A stretch of DNA of 64,000 bases, from the NCBI GenBank assembly GCA_036630325.1, contig CP142734.1:1-64000 (forward strand), given 5' to 3'. Positions 40,037-54,229 of this stretch are shown here, one piece after another. Made by a program: the position numbers and the translations under genes. Position 1 is the first letter of the stretch, and each line of letters begins with the position of its first letter. A model generated the notes under the pieces. The model was not told the DNA's origin, did no database searches, and saw only the letters and a list, made by a program, of their open reading frames with translations. Source of the DNA: Vairimorpha necatrix (taxonomy: Eukaryota).

Positions 40037-43000
40037 TGTTTAAAAATATTTAAATACTATCATCAAATTCTGTTGATTTTATATAGACTTTAGTAAATTA
40101 TCAGTTGTTTATGGTATTGTTTTTTAGAAGATTATTTTTCAATGACGATACAATTTTTGCTCGTCATTATTAACTTTGATTGTTCTATTTATCCATAATA
40201 TTATAGGACATTTAGTGTATTTTTAGTTTGATCACATACTGATAATTTTTTTTAGAAAAAAAAATCATTCAATTAATTTATCATAGGTATTTATATTTAA
40301 AATAAAGTTTTGTAAACTTAGTTATCAATTTATGTTAATATTTAATTTTTTTACTACTATAAAATGACATTACTACAATTAGTATTTTAGTGAGTTCTTT
40401 TAATTGCCATTTAACTTTTGAAATATTTATGTTCTATAATAATATTTGTATTGTAAATTTTTGAATTTCAAATGTAATTCTTTTTTTTTATTACTCCTTG
40501 TATATATAAAATTATAGGTTAACATATAAAAGGCGCTTATGTTTTGATTAAAAATTTGTCACATGCTATGTCAGTGTAGTCTTAAACGACAAATATATCA
40601 TTACCTCATAGATTATTATATGCATATTTTACCAATTTCATATATAATATAATTTATTCATCTAATATATAGTTTTCTTTCAATTGTTAAAATTAGACTG
40701 ATATTAATAAATAATACTCATTTAAATTACATTAAGGATCTATTTTACATAAAAATTACTTATTTTAATCTTTGTATTTTCTTCCAAGGTAAATAAAAAG
40801 AATCACTACTTAGAGTCGAGTAAATATTGACTTCATTACTTTTGCAATTAATTTGGGTAATTTATGAGTAGTATCCATTTCCATTAAATTTAACAGCAAA
40901 AGTACACATTAAATTTATTTTTTTGTACAAATAAATATGTATCATCCATCCTAGTAAATATGAGTAACGATTAATAGTAGATATGAAACTAAGATCAATG
41001 GATATAATGAATTGCCCAAGCCAGGCACATCATGTTACACACACTTAAGTCTTTGTAATATTTACTTAAATTTTTACACACCCTAATACTATCACAATTT
41101 AATCTTAATTTTTACAACTGTGTTGATCACTGGTCTTCTTATTTGACAACAAAGTATAGAATTGTAAGATGGTTCTAAGAAGCTCTTTGATCAAATTATT
41201 TAATCTTTTAACTGCTCCAAATAGATCTGTATTCCAGAGTGTAACAGTCATACCTTTTGATTTTGTATATTATTCATTTTGATAACACGGTCTAGATAAA
41301 TTTAGATTTGATCTAGCCGTATGTTTTGTTGTTCATAGATATTTAATTCTATGTGTTGGAATAATCATATGGGTTATTTTTTAATGATATTTTAAGAAAC
41401 AACATGTCAATTCTAACATTATTGTTAGATTTTATTCATTGCCATCACTTTTAATGTAAACAAACAAAAGTATTTAAGAAGGGCCCCTAAAATAATATGC
41501 CAAATAAATCTGTTACTTCTAAAACCAAAACTTCATCTGCCCCAAGCTCTCTAGGTGGTAACAGTTAGATATTTAACTTGCTCTTGCATGTAATTATTGA
41601 TCATTGTAGATACGTGACGTTTATACTAATTATTGAAAATATTATTTATATTATATCATTAATATGCTTTGAAGTTAATGAACTTTTTTATAAATTTTTC
41701 TTTCTATTGTATATATAGATACAATAGAAAGAAAAATTATGATATTCTAAATTCAAGAGCAATTATGACATCTAAACTCGACAATATTGTACATAGTAGG
41801 CATAATACATTTGGGGTTTATTAGATATATTATATTTATTTTTTAAAAGGGGTTGATCTTTTTTTTCAGGATTGCGGAAACATCTCTTCTTAAGAAAAAT
41901 TACAATTATTAAAACCTAATGATACTAAATGAATTTAAAATACGCAATTTTATGTTTATTTTATGATAACTGTTATTGGTCTGATTTACAAACGAAAAAT
42001 ACTCATGACAAGATTTCTATTTCTTTTATTACAGATTTGATATTGTCCATTACAAGAAAATGTAAACTTCCTATTGTAAAAATCTGCATTATGCTTTTTT
42101 TTCAGTGATACTTTTTTCTTTTATTATGTATTATTAATTTTCTAACTTAAATATATGTCATCTTTAATATTGTAAATGGCTTAACCCCCCCCCGAAATAT
42201 GTTTTTTTTGAGAATTATGTCACGATAATCTTTCCCCTAGAAATTCATTTTCTTCCAAAAAAAGATATTAGAAATATTAGTCTTAAAAATTAAGGAATGG
42301 TACAACAAGTATATTTATTATTTAGCACAATTATAACGTTAAAAGAAATTTCACAACGTATTTATTTTTTATAATATTTTTTTTTTGAAGAAACGAATTT
42401 TCTAAAAATTTGGATTTTTTATAAAAATTTAATTTATAGACAATTAGTACTAGTACGAAATTAAGGCGAAAAATAAGCTGTTTAATTATAAAATAAGGTA
42501 GAGTAAAAATTCAAAAAAATAGTGTTTATTGCATTTTTAGCAGAGTTTATGAGACCTGTTCTTTTTTCTTGTTTTCATTCAAGATTTATCTTTTATATTA
42601 TACATAATGTATCTCTCTTCCATACAAATCATTAATGATTTAGGTAAGATAATTGTGGACCGTATATCTTGATACCTATTGAGGTTTGTGATTCCAATGC
42701 ATATTAATTTAATTGTTATATTAGATATGTTTTACTTTTTTATGATAATTTACTCATCTTATTTGTAATATATGTTATCTGGGAAGTAATCGAAAAATAG
42801 AATTATACAAATTGTGTCAATATCATCATGAAATAACATTTTACATATTATTTATAAGTATTTAAAAATAATAAAGTTATGATTTCGCCAATTTTTACTT
42901 TTTATTGCTTTATTGGCATGTTTAAATACTTTTTTTTATAGTAGATAATTACACCCTCTCATAATCCTTTATACATTTAATGCCTTTTATTCTTCAAATC

Positions 43001-43050
43001 CGCTTACCTTCTATAAATAATATTTGATTATTACTCTTCTATGAATTATA

Positions 43051-45419
43051 TGTCACAGTTCGAAACGAACGCCCATTTTGAGCGGACGCCAGGGGGTTTA
43101 AAATTAAATAATCTCTTTAGTGAGGGGCGAACAAGAAAAAAAACAAATAAATGTTCGTCTTCAATGATTGCCCAAATTTTGTCTCGATTTTTTGAGGGGT
43201 AAATTTTTGCTATTTTTTTATAATAATGTAGGAATAATGAAAAAAGGAGAAAAATAAAATAAACAAAATTTTTAGTACTTATTCGTTACTAGCAACGTTA
43301 GACCTCTAGTACTTATTTCTTCTATTATAATGACATTATTATTTTTTCTGCATAATTTTACTTTATTAAATTGTATTATGTCTGTTTAAAATTAGACTTC
43401 TGCATCTAAATGTTCATAAAGAGAATGTCTTCTGGTATTGATGTTGTTGTAAAATAAGGTATTTTAAATTTTAGCTACCATTTTTGTTCTAGGAAATCAT
43501 TTCTTTACATACTTCAAGGTGTCATTCTATCTGCAGCAGTTTGTGTATGAATTCTAGCTGCATCATAAATAAATTTCATTTAAAAAGGTTTGTGTTATTC
43601 AGAGCATATAATTATTCTATTTCCAGTTTATAAAAAATCTAGAACATCTGATAAACTTTCTTCTGCTCGTTCTTCGTCCCAAATTCTTGTTCGTGATTTT
43701 CGATATAAATCGAATCAAGATATCTTGTAAAACTAGACTCGTCTGTAATGTTCTATATGTGTCTACTAAACATTATAAATAATGTAAGTGTCGCGTGGTG
43801 GAGTGTTGTAAATATTTATATGATCAGGTAACTAAATATCGTACCTTGGTTCGTTGAATCAAATTATTTCTGTCCCAAAAGTAGATCTATTCTATTTCAA
43901 TATTTTTTGATTGCATCGTTTTATCTGTCCTTGTATTCATGGACATCTAGATTTTCTCCCTCATGTGTCTTATTTTATATTTCTGTCGTAAATCGAAGAG
44001 AATTTGATTTACAATTCTCTGCCTTTATCAGTATGAAGTATAAAACAAGAACTAAATGTTCAAAAAATGTTTCGAAGGCATTTCTCCACTGTAATACCTG
44101 TTTTGTCAAGCAGTGACAGCGTCTAACAGTATTTGGTCTAGAATCAATATTCTATTGCCATTTATATCTTTCTTTGAGTTCGTGATACAGCCAAAGATCA
44201 ATCAAGTCTGCAACATATCTTTCCCTTGGGTATTTCTCCTACAATTGGTCTGATAACAAACTGTTTTTAGATTTCCTTTTGATTTACATATATCACAGCT
44301 GTTAAAAACTTTTAGAATATCTTTTTGGGTTGCGTCGTAGACTTTTGTTTGCAATGATGTAAACAATCTGTTCCATCCCACATGCCCGTTTGAGACGTAG
44401 ATCTATTTTAAAGCGTTACTCATTGGTTGTAAGAAAGTTTACGATCTATATAGACATACTTTAAATCTCACTGTAAGCTCCGTGATACCATTAATTACAT
44501 CCATGAAAAGGAACATTTTTTTTACTTTCTTCTAAAAGCATCTCTTTCACGTTTCTTCCCTTTCTTTTGTAACAGAACCAGTCTGTAAAAAGACAGTAAT
44601 TTTTTGTCTTTCATTGTTATTTAATTTTAGATACAAGGCCGAGAGGAACCCGCTTTGAAATTTTCAAGGACCCCCCTTTCAAAAAATTGCAAAATTGACA
44701 AAACAATGTTTGTGAGGCTGATGAACTTTTTAGTGATAAAATAAATAATCATGAAAACCAAACATAAAGTATTTTGGAAACATTTGATGCTGAATCGGCG
44801 TGCGCCTTGCTCGTTTCTGTAACTAGTAGAAATACTGCTATTTCTTTGAGGTACTACAAGATACTGTAAAACCTGTTTCTATTTTGTTTTCTAATCAATA
44901 GTAGGATATGAGGTCACATTAAACAAGCAAAGGGGGGAGAGCAATAGTACAATGAATCACTTTATCAATTCTGTAACCCCTAGCGATTCTACGACTTAAT
45001 ACCAAGTAATTAAGTTGGTTTGGGCTTATTTCTGTAATGAATGTTCGATCTATACATAGAATAATTTAGGATGAACACTGTGAGCACCTTTTACAGTTCC
45101 TCTTGGCTTTCTAAATTTATAAAAAACAATAGATAAATCGTCCTCTTCCATATTTAAAATAAATCGTTAAGTCTTTTTTTTTATATTTTTTCTTATTTTT
45201 TTGAATTTTTCAAAGCGGGTTCCAAACGGTCATGTACCAAATTTTATTTCATGCGCTTAAATTGATGAATTTTTATTACAAAGAAATGCCAACGTTTTTT
45301 TTTGGTTTTTACCCTTCACAAGTAATCATTCTCCCTATCGTACGCTCAGAACGGAATTTTTTTTTCTTAACTTTTATCCAACCCGGGGCTTTTCCCTGAC
45401 GTTCGTACTAACGATGTCA
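43051..45419 (-). mobile_element. Decayed Ginger-like (rve integrase) element with a nested Merlin copy
   Basis: Minus strand at ~43900-44240: PRERYVADLIDL..Y....RYKW, ILHTDKGRE, SRCP*IQGQIKRCNQ. Degenerate inverted ends TGTCACAGTTCGAAACGAACG / CGTTCGTACTAACGATGTCA. No RT seen. Ends uncertain. Confidence 0.65.
44646..45238 (+). mobile_element. Internally deleted, decayed Merlin copy (family of 15968)
   Basis: GAACCCGCTTTGAAA..GGACCCCCCTTTCAAAAA 5' end, decayed transposase pieces, right TIR GCGGGTTCCAAACGGTCATGTACC. Confidence 0.88.
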
Positions 45420-46222
45420 TAAAAAATTCACTACCATTATGCCACGATTTCTGACCTTTCTCTTGCTTTTTGATTATTTTAAAAGAAATAATTACAGGGT
45501 TATTTTCTATACCATTTCAATATATTCTTTTATGTCAAAAAATTATTACTTATGTTTCTTTACACATTAATTTTTACGATTCTCTATGATCATCACAGTA
45601 TTAAACTCATAGTAATCACATTTTATAAAATATAGATTTGGCTATTTTTAAAAATATAAAATTTTGCACAAAAAATCTAAAAATTTTTTAATATACAAAT
45701 ATTAATTTTTCGAATCCCAGGGGAGCTACCCCCAAACAAATATAATTCATTCAAATCATCAATGTTTTTATTGGTTTGTGGTGAGCTACGTTGGTCATAT
45801 AAAGGCGTATTATGTCATCGTGCGTTGTCTCTCTTCCTTGTTTTTGTATCTCAGGGAGAGGGTTTGTTATTATTTCGGTTGTTGTGTCAAATTTTGGATT
45901 CTGGGGAGACTACAAAACTAAATAAATATTAAGCTCTAAGTAAAATGGTCGATATGACTAAAAAGTTGCTATTATAAAGAAAGAAAAAATGATTATTTAA
46001 AGTATCATAACACAATAATATATTTAAACGAATAATCAATAGCTTTTTTGCAAAAGTCATAACTTTTTGTCAAAAAAGAAAGTAGAGTAAATTAATAATG
46101 AAAACGCCCTGCGGTAAAATATTAAAAAACATAAATAACATAAGAAATTCGTATGCAGAGGTATTTTGTTAGTGTTTTGATCTGCATTAATATTTGTAAT
46201 CTAAAAATATAAGTATAGAGCT

Positions 46223-48387
46223 TTAATGTTTTTTCAATTCGTCCATTATTTCATTAAATAATTTTAAGTTATCATTTACAATTCCAAAAACTTCACTTTC
46301 GTTCAACATATTTTTTATATTTTGAAAAAATCCTTTTCTTTTTGATTTTTCAGATTCATCATCAATGAACTCACTTTTCAGCAGGTTCATTATCGATGGA
46401 TATAAAAATTCTTTTCTATACAATCTTATATATTCAGGAGTATATTTCTTTAGGCTTAATATGAATTTATCTATTAATATATTTCTATACTCGTTAATTA
46501 TTTCTATATTTATATTCATGCGTAATAGAACCGATTTACATTCACTAAAAGTATTATTTATTTCAATTCTGCCTTTATTTTCAATTATTTTTTTTTCTGA
46601 TTCATATCGATTCGTTTGTTTGTATCTTTCCATAATTTCTAAATGTAAATTATTCAACTTTTCTTCGATATTAGTTTTTGATATTATTTCTTTTAAAATT
46701 TGTATTTTTTCAAATTTCATTGTGCTTTCAATATTTTTTTCTTTAATTCTTTTTCGTATATTTTCATTTTTTTTTAAAATATAATTTTTATCTAATTTGA
46801 ATTTAGTAATAACGTCATCTTGGCTCATCTTAGTAAACTCTAGCATATATGCATCAGGTATGTCAAAAGTGTATAATCCTGTAAATAATATCGCTATTTG
46901 ACAGATATCTTTCAACACCTCCTGCTGGCTATTCAAAAACAACTCTTTATGTATAGCTGAAATTTGTCTAAAAACTTCAATTAAATCAATATGTTTGATT
47001 CTATCTTTTTCGTTTTTTTCTGCTAAAATATTAATCCCGATGTCTTTTATTATTATAAAAAATTTATCTTCGACTGAATTAGTTTCGTTTAAATATGTTT
47101 CTGCTTCCAATAGCAAACAAAAGGTAACTAAATATAAATAATCGTCAAACAAGTTACTTTTCAAATCTAAAGTTATTTTTTTTGATAGTTCAAATAAATT
47201 AGTTTCAACATATTCTTTATCTTTAATTACTTTTTTATATATATGGACATCAATTGTCTTTTTATACAACAATAAATGACTAAAAGTGATATTTATTGCT
47301 GATCCCGAACTAAGCAATATTCTTTGAATTAAAAAATTCAAATTTTCATTATTAAATAATAATTTGTAAAAAAACCAAATTCCGTCATCAATGCTTTTTC
47401 TGGATAAGGCAGAAAAGATAATTTGGATTTTTCTGTAGCAATCCGTGCTTATGTAAACATTGTCAGATACAAAGCCTCTATAATGCTCTAAAAAGAAATA
47501 ATATCTCTTGTCGTCGATATCAAAAGTTACATACATTGTTCCAATCTTTATTTCAAAACAGTATCCATGTTTATTCAAATTAATATTATTTATTGTACAG
47601 TTCAATTCTTTTTTATGATATCTTAGATAATTATAGATGATATCGTGATGGTATAAATTGTAGATATCAAGAAGTTTTTTTGCAAATAATATCTATAAAA
47701 TTTTTGAATGTCAATTTCTGCTAAAACTAAGTGATAAAAATCATCAACACAAAATTCCATTACATGACAAATGTTTTCAATGTCAATTCTCAATACAATA
47801 TTGTAACTCTCTGTAAAAGAGTCTGCGTAATGATAAATATAAGGCTGAAGCTTTTTATAATAACTTTTACTGCTTTCATTGTAAATTCGAAAATAATAAT
47901 TCGTATTCTCATTTTCTACACTATATATTTTTTTATAGTGTATCTTAAAAAAAGAGTTATTTGCCATTCTTTCGTTGTTTGCTTTTTTTAGTTTGTACAC
48001 AAACTTCGATATAATGTGATGGTTTTCACGGCGACAAGGAGAGCATAAAAGCACTATTGAATAATGCTTGGGCGCATTTAATATTTTTTCTATTTCTTCT
48101 TCCATTTCAATTATGATATCTTCTGTTGGTTTATTTTTTGTGTCAAGAACAAATTCGCCCAAATTTTGATCGTAAAATGTTTCAACTGTACAAGTTAACT
48201 TCCCAAACCCAGCAGTCGATCTACAAAAGTCCGCCAAGATAGTTATATTGTTTTCTGGATTTAAAGGATTGTATGATATAAAATTACCTTTTTCTATATC
48301 TTTTATAAAACTTTCATATATTTTTTCGTATAGAGGATGGCTAGTTTGTGCCGACAAACACATAAGTAATACTATAGAGATTTTCAT
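46223..48387 (-). CDS. Signal-peptide protein of a subtelomeric family (~720 aa), split by a frameshift in an A7 run
   Basis: MKISIVLLMCLSAQTS hydrophobic leader, CCCATT before the ATG. Adding one A at 47675-47681 fuses ORFs 47623-48387 and 46223-47605. Motifs are colinear with 59429-61660. Confidence 0.85.
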
Positions 48388-48950
48388 AATGGGCTAAAAA
48401 AAATAAATATTTATACAAATATTTTACGTCATAAATTTGATCATACGAAAAAAAAACAAAAAATTAAAAGAGATTGCATATAAACTTAATGATTGAGTTA
48501 TTATTGTCTCCTTTTAGATTTGTTTTTACTTAAATGTGGCATTTGTTGTTATTATAAACAATAAAGCAATCTATCCAAATAACATTTAAGGTAGGACGAT
48601 TTTTACTTCCTCCCCTTACATAAATAACAATTATTATAAAATATTCTTTTTTTGTTAAATTCGAAATCAAAAAAAAAGAAGAAAATAAATAATTTGCAGT
48701 CCAATAATAGTTTAAATAGTTCTAATTTAATCATATTGTATGAAAAACATAATCATATGAACCATTCTATAGTTTTTTTTTTCTCAAAAAATGTTTATAA
48801 TATACGTCTTAATATGTAAAACCAGTTTCTATTCACTTGTATTATTAAAATATTAATCAAAGTTATTGATAATTCCTTATCATTTTGTATTGTTTTATCT
48901 TGGCTTTTTTTTAATATAAATTACTTTTTCTATAAAGTATAAAATAATTG

Positions 48951-49502
48951 GGCTAAGTAAGCATTAGCTACAAAATTTCGATATAGGGTTTTTTAGTTTT
49001 TTGCCCATTTTCCTAAAACGTAGGAAAAAATTCTTTCAAGAAAAGAATTGGAAATATTCTATCAATTAATATTATATGCATTATAACCTAACAAAAGTGC
49101 ACAATATGTAATTTTTTTTTATGATTTTACGTTTTAAAGGGTATGTGCTCGTTCAAACAGAATAAAAATAACGAACTTTGACTAGTTTATCATTATTATA
49201 TTTATTTGTAAAATATGTAGAATTCTTATATTACAAATGATTTATGAATATTCTCTTCTTTAATCGAATTAGCTATTTTACTAAACGTTAAAAAAAAGTT
49301 AAACAAAGATCTCCTATTATCATAAGAAAAAATTAAATCAGAACTTTTAAGAGTATATGATTGTTATAAATATTATTAAAATTTAATTTTGATGTATTAA
49401 TATATTTTTGGTTTTTTTTTTTCTTAAAATCTTCTTTCCTCCGTTTTTAAAAAGGGCAAAACCCCCCTAAATCGAAATTTTTCTGCTAAACTGTTATTAG
49501 CC
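48951..49502. mobile_element. MITE, probably Merlin-derived
   Basis: Degenerate ~45-bp TIRs GGCTAA..TTAGC...AAAATTTCGAT.TAGGG. Flanks AATAATTG/TTTAATTG resemble an 8-bp TSD. Confidence 0.65.
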
Positions 49503-50416
49503 TTTAATTGTATTATTTTTTAGTTTATTAATTTTTTATAGTTTTTGAAAAAAGTTAATTTCATTTTTGTATTCTCGAAAACATTCATATGTTGTATATA
49601 ACATCAAATAGTAAATTATAAAATATAAACATGTACAAGACTATTTTCATTGTAACTTTTTAATATTTCTTGTATAGCTTCGTTTCAATATTCTAATGTA
49701 GTTTTGGTAAATTTTTATTGAAAATATTTAAGGAATTTTTTACAAGATCTATTGAAATGTATAATGAAGAGAAGATTTGATCAAGTATTTAACACAATAA
49801 AAAGCTAAAATGAAGAAATAAATATTTGATAACGGGGTTTTTATTGTTTTGTTTTAAATTTTTATTAAGGGTCTTTCTCCTCCTTATTTTAAGTTTTGAT
49901 TTTTTTAAAAGAGATTATTTCCAAAAATTGATGTTTTCCATCTAGATGGATTTTGCATGGGGAACTCCTATATTTAACAATATGATCAAAGATTTTGTTA
50001 CGTAAAAGATTTACGAAGAAAAGACCACGAAAGAAATTTTTGTATCTAAAAGAATATTAAAATTATTATTTAGATATACCTTTGTTAAAATGATGAATTA
50101 CTATAGAAAAACTAAATTTAAAATCCAAAAAATCTTGATTTTATGTTTATTTTGAATTCGATATATATATATAAATATGAATCAAACAAATTAACATAGC
50201 TTAATCCTATATTAGCGATTACAATTAAAAAAATTAAAATAGAAATTCCATTAAATGGGGCTGTATCTATAGAATTCTTTTTATTAACATTCAGTCAACT
50301 TAAATATGATGTTTGGATAATAATATCAGCCAAATATAAATTATATATCAAAAGTAGTGTTTTTTCACTTATATATAATTTTCGAACATACATTGTATGA
50401 AATGAAAAATAATATT

Positions 50417-51638
50417 TTATTCCTTTCTATATATTTGATCTATTAATTCATGGATTTTTATGCATTCATTTGTCCTCAAAGATACTCTATGTAATTTTCT
50501 TAATAATGAATTTATAATTGTAAGTACTTCTAAATGTTTTGTAATATCCTCATATTTACTATGTTTCAATTCTTCTTCCACGTCTTGAAAAGTTTTTATT
50601 ATTGGTATATAATTAAATAATAACAATACCTCTTTATTATAATTATTTGTTGAAATTATGTTGTATGCTGAGTATATCTTATTACTGCCATATTTTCTCC
50701 TCAAATCAAAAAGTGTCATAAAATCTTAAATATACTTACAACTTGTGTAATTAAATTATAAGTTTCTTTTATATAAACATAAATTTTCTATTTTTTCAAA
50801 AGTTTTGACGAATTCTTTTTTAGTTTGAAGTTTTATATATTGTGAAAAAATATAAATCTTTTTATTGCACTCTTTAAGGATTTCGTTTGATTCTTCGTCT
50901 AAATTTATAAAGTACTTAATTTTTTTCATCCTATTTATTCTGAATTTAAACTCATTCATACTTTTTTGACAATTAGTCAAGAGTTTGGAGGAATTATAAA
51001 AAGGAAGTGTGGTGTTTCCACCAGGGAGATGGCCATAATGTAAATAGCATTCAAGAATGCTTCTCCCTGCACCTAAATTAGTTTTATTTAAATTATGTTT
51101 ATTAACTTGCCCCTGTGGGCTTTCATAGTTCCTCATGTGAGGGGGTAGGGTGTAAGATACCCTCCCGTTATCGTTGTAGACTCTCTGTTCTCTTCTCATC
51201 TAAAAATCGATGGGTCAAAATAAAAGAAAATATTTATAGCAAAATATTTTCTAGAAAATTCACTTGGAGGGAAAATGAAATAAAAATAAGTAATGTGGTA
51301 AATAATACCACAGGAAGTTTCTTGTTTTGATTTACGAAGTTATTTTCTAAAATAGCATTTTCAAGTTTATCCAAGGCCTTCTGCGCATCTAATTCTATTG
51401 AGTCAATTTCAATAAACTTATTAAAATCTTTATCATTGATATACATTTCCATTTCTTGTTTTAAGTTATAGGTTTCAATATCCTCAAATATATTTTTATT
51501 GATTACATTATAAACATCTTCTTCGTAACTCTCAGCTTTCCCAAAATTTTCAGTTATATCTCTTTGACAATTAAGAGTTTCTATACATTTATTAATATTT
51601 AATGAGGAACAAAAAATAATTGTAAAAATTAAAAACAT
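50417..51638 (-). pseudogene. Secreted-type hypothetical gene interrupted by a solo LTR
   Basis: CCCTTA-ATG start (MFLIFTIIFCSS). Removing 51008-51312 plus one TSD restores NKKLP|FYNSSK in frame. A further break lies near 50720-50760, so ORF 50417-50719 may be its C-terminus. Confidence 0.75.
51008..51312 (-). mobile_element. Solo LTR of a diverged subfamily of the 286-bp LTR
   Basis: TGTGGTG...TAATGTGGTAAATAATACCACA, 305 bp, TSD GGAAG. Shares CTAGAAAATTCA.TTGGAGGGAAAAT with the other LTRs. Confidence 0.92.
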
Positions 51639-53044
51639 TAAGGGCAAATGAAATTGGGTGCACAGAAATAAACAAAAAGAAATTATTAAATTAAATGCAT
51701 TCTCATGCATTTAATTTTTTTGTCATAATTAACATAAAAAATCAACATATTATTATTATTACAATTTAAAATAAAATGTTAATAAAACATAATATAAATT
51801 CTAAATATAAAAAGGTGTTAATATATAAAAAAATGCTCATACATGTATAATTCTGATCAGAAAAAAACTTAATAGTCATCTTTTTAATTATTGAGTAAAA
51901 CGTCGTATAAAACTATTACAAAAAAGTAGATTCGTTGTATTTGCAAAAAGTGTTTATTGTCTGGACATGGTATTATTTAACCTCTTTGTGATTTATATTA
52001 TATTCTTTAGCTAATTTATCATCTGCATAAAAAACATAAAAAGGAAGGAAATGCAAAAGAAATAAACTCTTTAAGAGTGTATTTTTTAACTAGTGTAAAT
52101 CAATAACAAAAAAGAAAGAACACGGGCATACAAAAATTATTAAGGACAATTCTATGAGACGAAGATGAGGAAATAGCCCTATTTGCTGAAACGACGTTAA
52201 ATTAAAAAAACAATTGCTATATTAAACAATTTAACACAAATAATACTCATTAACATAGTTTTACATTAGTAGAATTAATGATAAAAATATAGCAATATAT
52301 AGAATCATAAAAACTTGTGTGAAATTATATTATATACTTTAATCCATAAAATATAGATGTTTAGTTATATGTTTCGAGTCTAATTTTTTTGAGTTTTATT
52401 TTTTAAGTTCTAAAAAATGCAATGGAACGCTTTTTATAAGGAAATTTTAAATCTGAGATTCGTCACATTCTAGAATACATGTATTGCTAATTTTTAATCT
52501 AAAAAACAATGGTTATTGCCATCATTTTTTTATTTTAGATACATTCAAAAATTTTATACATCTAAATATTCATATATTAACTGTAAGTATAAGCATTGTA
52601 ATATTTTTAATTTCCTATAGTTCTCTTTAACAATTTTCACAAAAATTTATTTAGTATACCTATAATGATTTTGTAAATGCATAATAATATAGTTGTATTC
52701 TATTTTATAATACAAAATTATACATTTATAATGAAAAAAAGCATCTTCGTAGTTTAGTTGTTGAAAGTTTGATTTTTAATGAATAGATAAAAGTATCATT
52801 CATAAAGAGAACTGAAAAATATTGCTTTAAAAAAATGTGTTGTATTTTTATTCATGCTATAGTATGTATTTACAAAAATATTTAATTCATGTAACTTGTG
52901 TACGCTAATCTCAAAGAATTTATATCAAACTATAAACGTAACTTATACAACGAAAAATGTAGATAAATTTTACATCATCTCAAGTAAACTATTGCTTGGA
53001 TTGAAAAATATCGCTGCTAAACTCTAAGGTGTAATCTCTCGAGT

Positions 53045-54229
53045 TGCGCAACGGTCTGAGCCTGGACTTTCTTTCTCCTAAGGGACCCTTGGAGAGAACT
53101 AAAAAAATAATTCTAATAAAACATTTTATTCCAAGAAAACTTTGATTTTTATATAAAACATTCTCAACTCTTGATATTAAAATATATAGCGCATATTCTC
53201 CAAATAAGTTCTTCAAAAAAAAATCTGTGATTGCATTTTTTGGAATTCTTTTCTGGCTATTGTATCACATTTAAGCTAAACCAGACTCCTTTTATTATAT
53301 TTCTGGTCTCTCTTGCTTTGTGGATAAAACCGCCATCATGGACTACAACGCGATGATCTTCATTGATAGATTTTACTGCTGTGGGATGAGATTAATGCTC
53401 TTCCAATGTGCAAGTCGTTTCGTTTTTTATGTATTTTTAAAAGACTTAGTCATCGTCTGTATAGTACGGTTAGGTATTTTCTCGGTTCTTAATTCAAACG
53501 TTCGCTCTTCTATTGTACCAATAAAACATGTACAATTTTGACTGTGTCATATCTTTCCGACAAAAATATGACAAATTTCCCTTTTACTATAGCAGCTTCA
53601 TCGATCTGTGTCACTTCTTCAACCCCTCCTTTTTTTTGGTATTTTTTTTCTTTCTCAGTGCTTCATATACTTTTTTTTTAGTCCTGAAAACACTGGAAGC
53701 TGACACACGTAATTTTTATTAAGTTTAGTGTAGACTGCTTTTTATTCGATGAATACAAAATATACCAATAATTGTGTTTAGGTATTCAGGGATTCGAAAT
53801 GGAAGTTTTATCAAACACTCCAAATTAGCTAAACATCCACCCTTTCCCCTACACTTAAACCGTTGGCAGCCTATGTACGAATTATTCGGAGGGAATACTC
53901 TTATCCCAGGACAAATCGTACATTCTATGGCAATTTTTAGTAATTTCATCCACTAGCCAACATATTGCCTCATTAAGTCTTGGAGGATTTTTGACCTACT
54001 GTCAATCAGCTCTGGGCATATCATAAAAATAAAATATTTTTGAAAAAATAGTCTAAAAAAAGAAAAAAGTTTATAGCTAAAAAATGTTAATCCGAATGAA
54101 ATTAAAACAATACTGTAATTTCGAATCTTGGGGATATGGTTAGTAAAAATCCATTTCCCCACTTTACGGTCTGTGCCAGGATTCAGTACGTGAAAAAATA
54201 GGGAAAGTCCGGGCATAGACCGTTGCACC
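53045..54229 (-). mobile_element. Decayed Merlin transposon, second family
   Basis: TIRs GGTGCAACGGTCTATGCCCGGACTTTC / TGCGCAACGGTCTGAGCCTGGACTTTC. Minus strand has ECTICPG..FKCRGKGGC and GGVEEVTQIDEAAIVKGK. Confidence 0.8.

Noticed and set aside
50724-50740. Possible 15-nt intron GTAAGT..AG on the minus strand
   Set aside because: Removing it does not restore the frame, and there is no transcript evidence.
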